The notes under the pieces: model-generated
What the model saw: only the letters and a program-made list of their open reading frames with translations
Databases searched by the model: none
Told to the model about the DNA's origin: nothing
Program-made: the position numbers and the translations under genes
In this document: in pieces, positions 44,664 through 44,899 of the stretch
How positions within the stretch are numbered: position 1 is the first letter of the stretch
How the letters are laid out: every line of letters starts with the position of its first letter
Sequence record: KX534341.1
Strand: one strand, 5' to 3'
Source: Escherichia phage Pride
DNA length: 44,899 nucleotides

Positions 44664-44899
44664 ATATGCAGCGATCGGACTGGTTATCGGTCTGGTGGTA
44701 GGATTCTGGCAGGGTGATTCCTACCGAGCTGCCGTTGTGGCGAGAGCATCGCAAGAAGCGCAAGCGAAAGCCCAACGGCAGCAAACTAAGGTTGTCGAGG
44801 GGGCTGTGCAGGCAGAACAGGCCCGCGATGTGGAATACCGGACTATCACGAAAGAGGTTGTGAAATATGTTACGCGTCCTAACCGTCCTGATTGCAGTT
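44519..44899. repeat. Terminal direct repeat, second copy (identical to 121..501)
   Basis: Base identity with window start. Confidence 0.9.
44656..44899 (+). CDS. i-spanin, duplicate partial copy in terminal repeat (truncated by window end)
   Basis: Identical to 258..501. Confidence 0.5.
   Translation, partial: MIKYAAIGLVIGLVVGFWQGDSYRAAVVARASQEAQAKAQRQQTKVVEGAVQAEQARDVEYRTITKEVVKYVTRPNRPDCS

Noticed and set aside
1-44899. Integrase, CI-like repressor, attP or tRNA genes
   Set aside because: No tyrosine/serine recombinase-sized ORF with recognisable motifs, no repressor/Cro pair, and no tRNA-like sequence found by eye. Absence is not proven without tRNAscan/HMM searches.

Overview
The window is essentially one complete genome of a tailed dsDNA phage with a lambda-like siphovirus tail module, linearised with redundant ends. 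Positions 121..44518 are one genome equivalent (44,398 bp); 44519..44899 repeats 121..501, and 1..120 is an inverted fold-back copy of 182..301, most likely an assembly or read artefact. The plus strand carries an HTH regulator and primase-helicase (32.7-35.3 kb), small genes of unknown function, a lysis cassette (holin-like genes and a GH24-type endolysin), a metallophosphoesterase, terminase small and large subunits, portal, head-morphogenesis protein, overlapped Rz/Rz1-type spanins, scaffold, major capsid, connector proteins, major tail protein, a G/GT tail chaperone with a -1 frameshift, tape measure, lambda M/L/K/I/J-like tail-tip proteins and a tail fibre with a C-terminal chaperone domain. 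The minus strand (19.4-32.3 kb) carries a replication, recombination and DNA-modification operon: family-A DNA polymerase, SNF2-type helicase, HNH and VRR-NUC nucleases, a PD-(D/E)XK exonuclease with an SSB-like partner, Dam-like and C5 methyltransferases, and a HAD-like hydrolase. No integrase or CI-like repressor was recognised, so the phage is probably virulent. All functional calls rest on motif recognition and gene order by eye; no database search was run. The most interesting non-coding signals are a recurrent ATTGGTTGCA promoter motif at about ten loci, a duplicated ~160-bp GGGACA-array element in the two largest intergenic regions, and a candidate small RNA in the divergent early control region. 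Two reverse-strand genes with their own promoters sit inside the structural module: a lipoprotein (candidate superinfection exclusion) and a 254-aa gene of unknown function.
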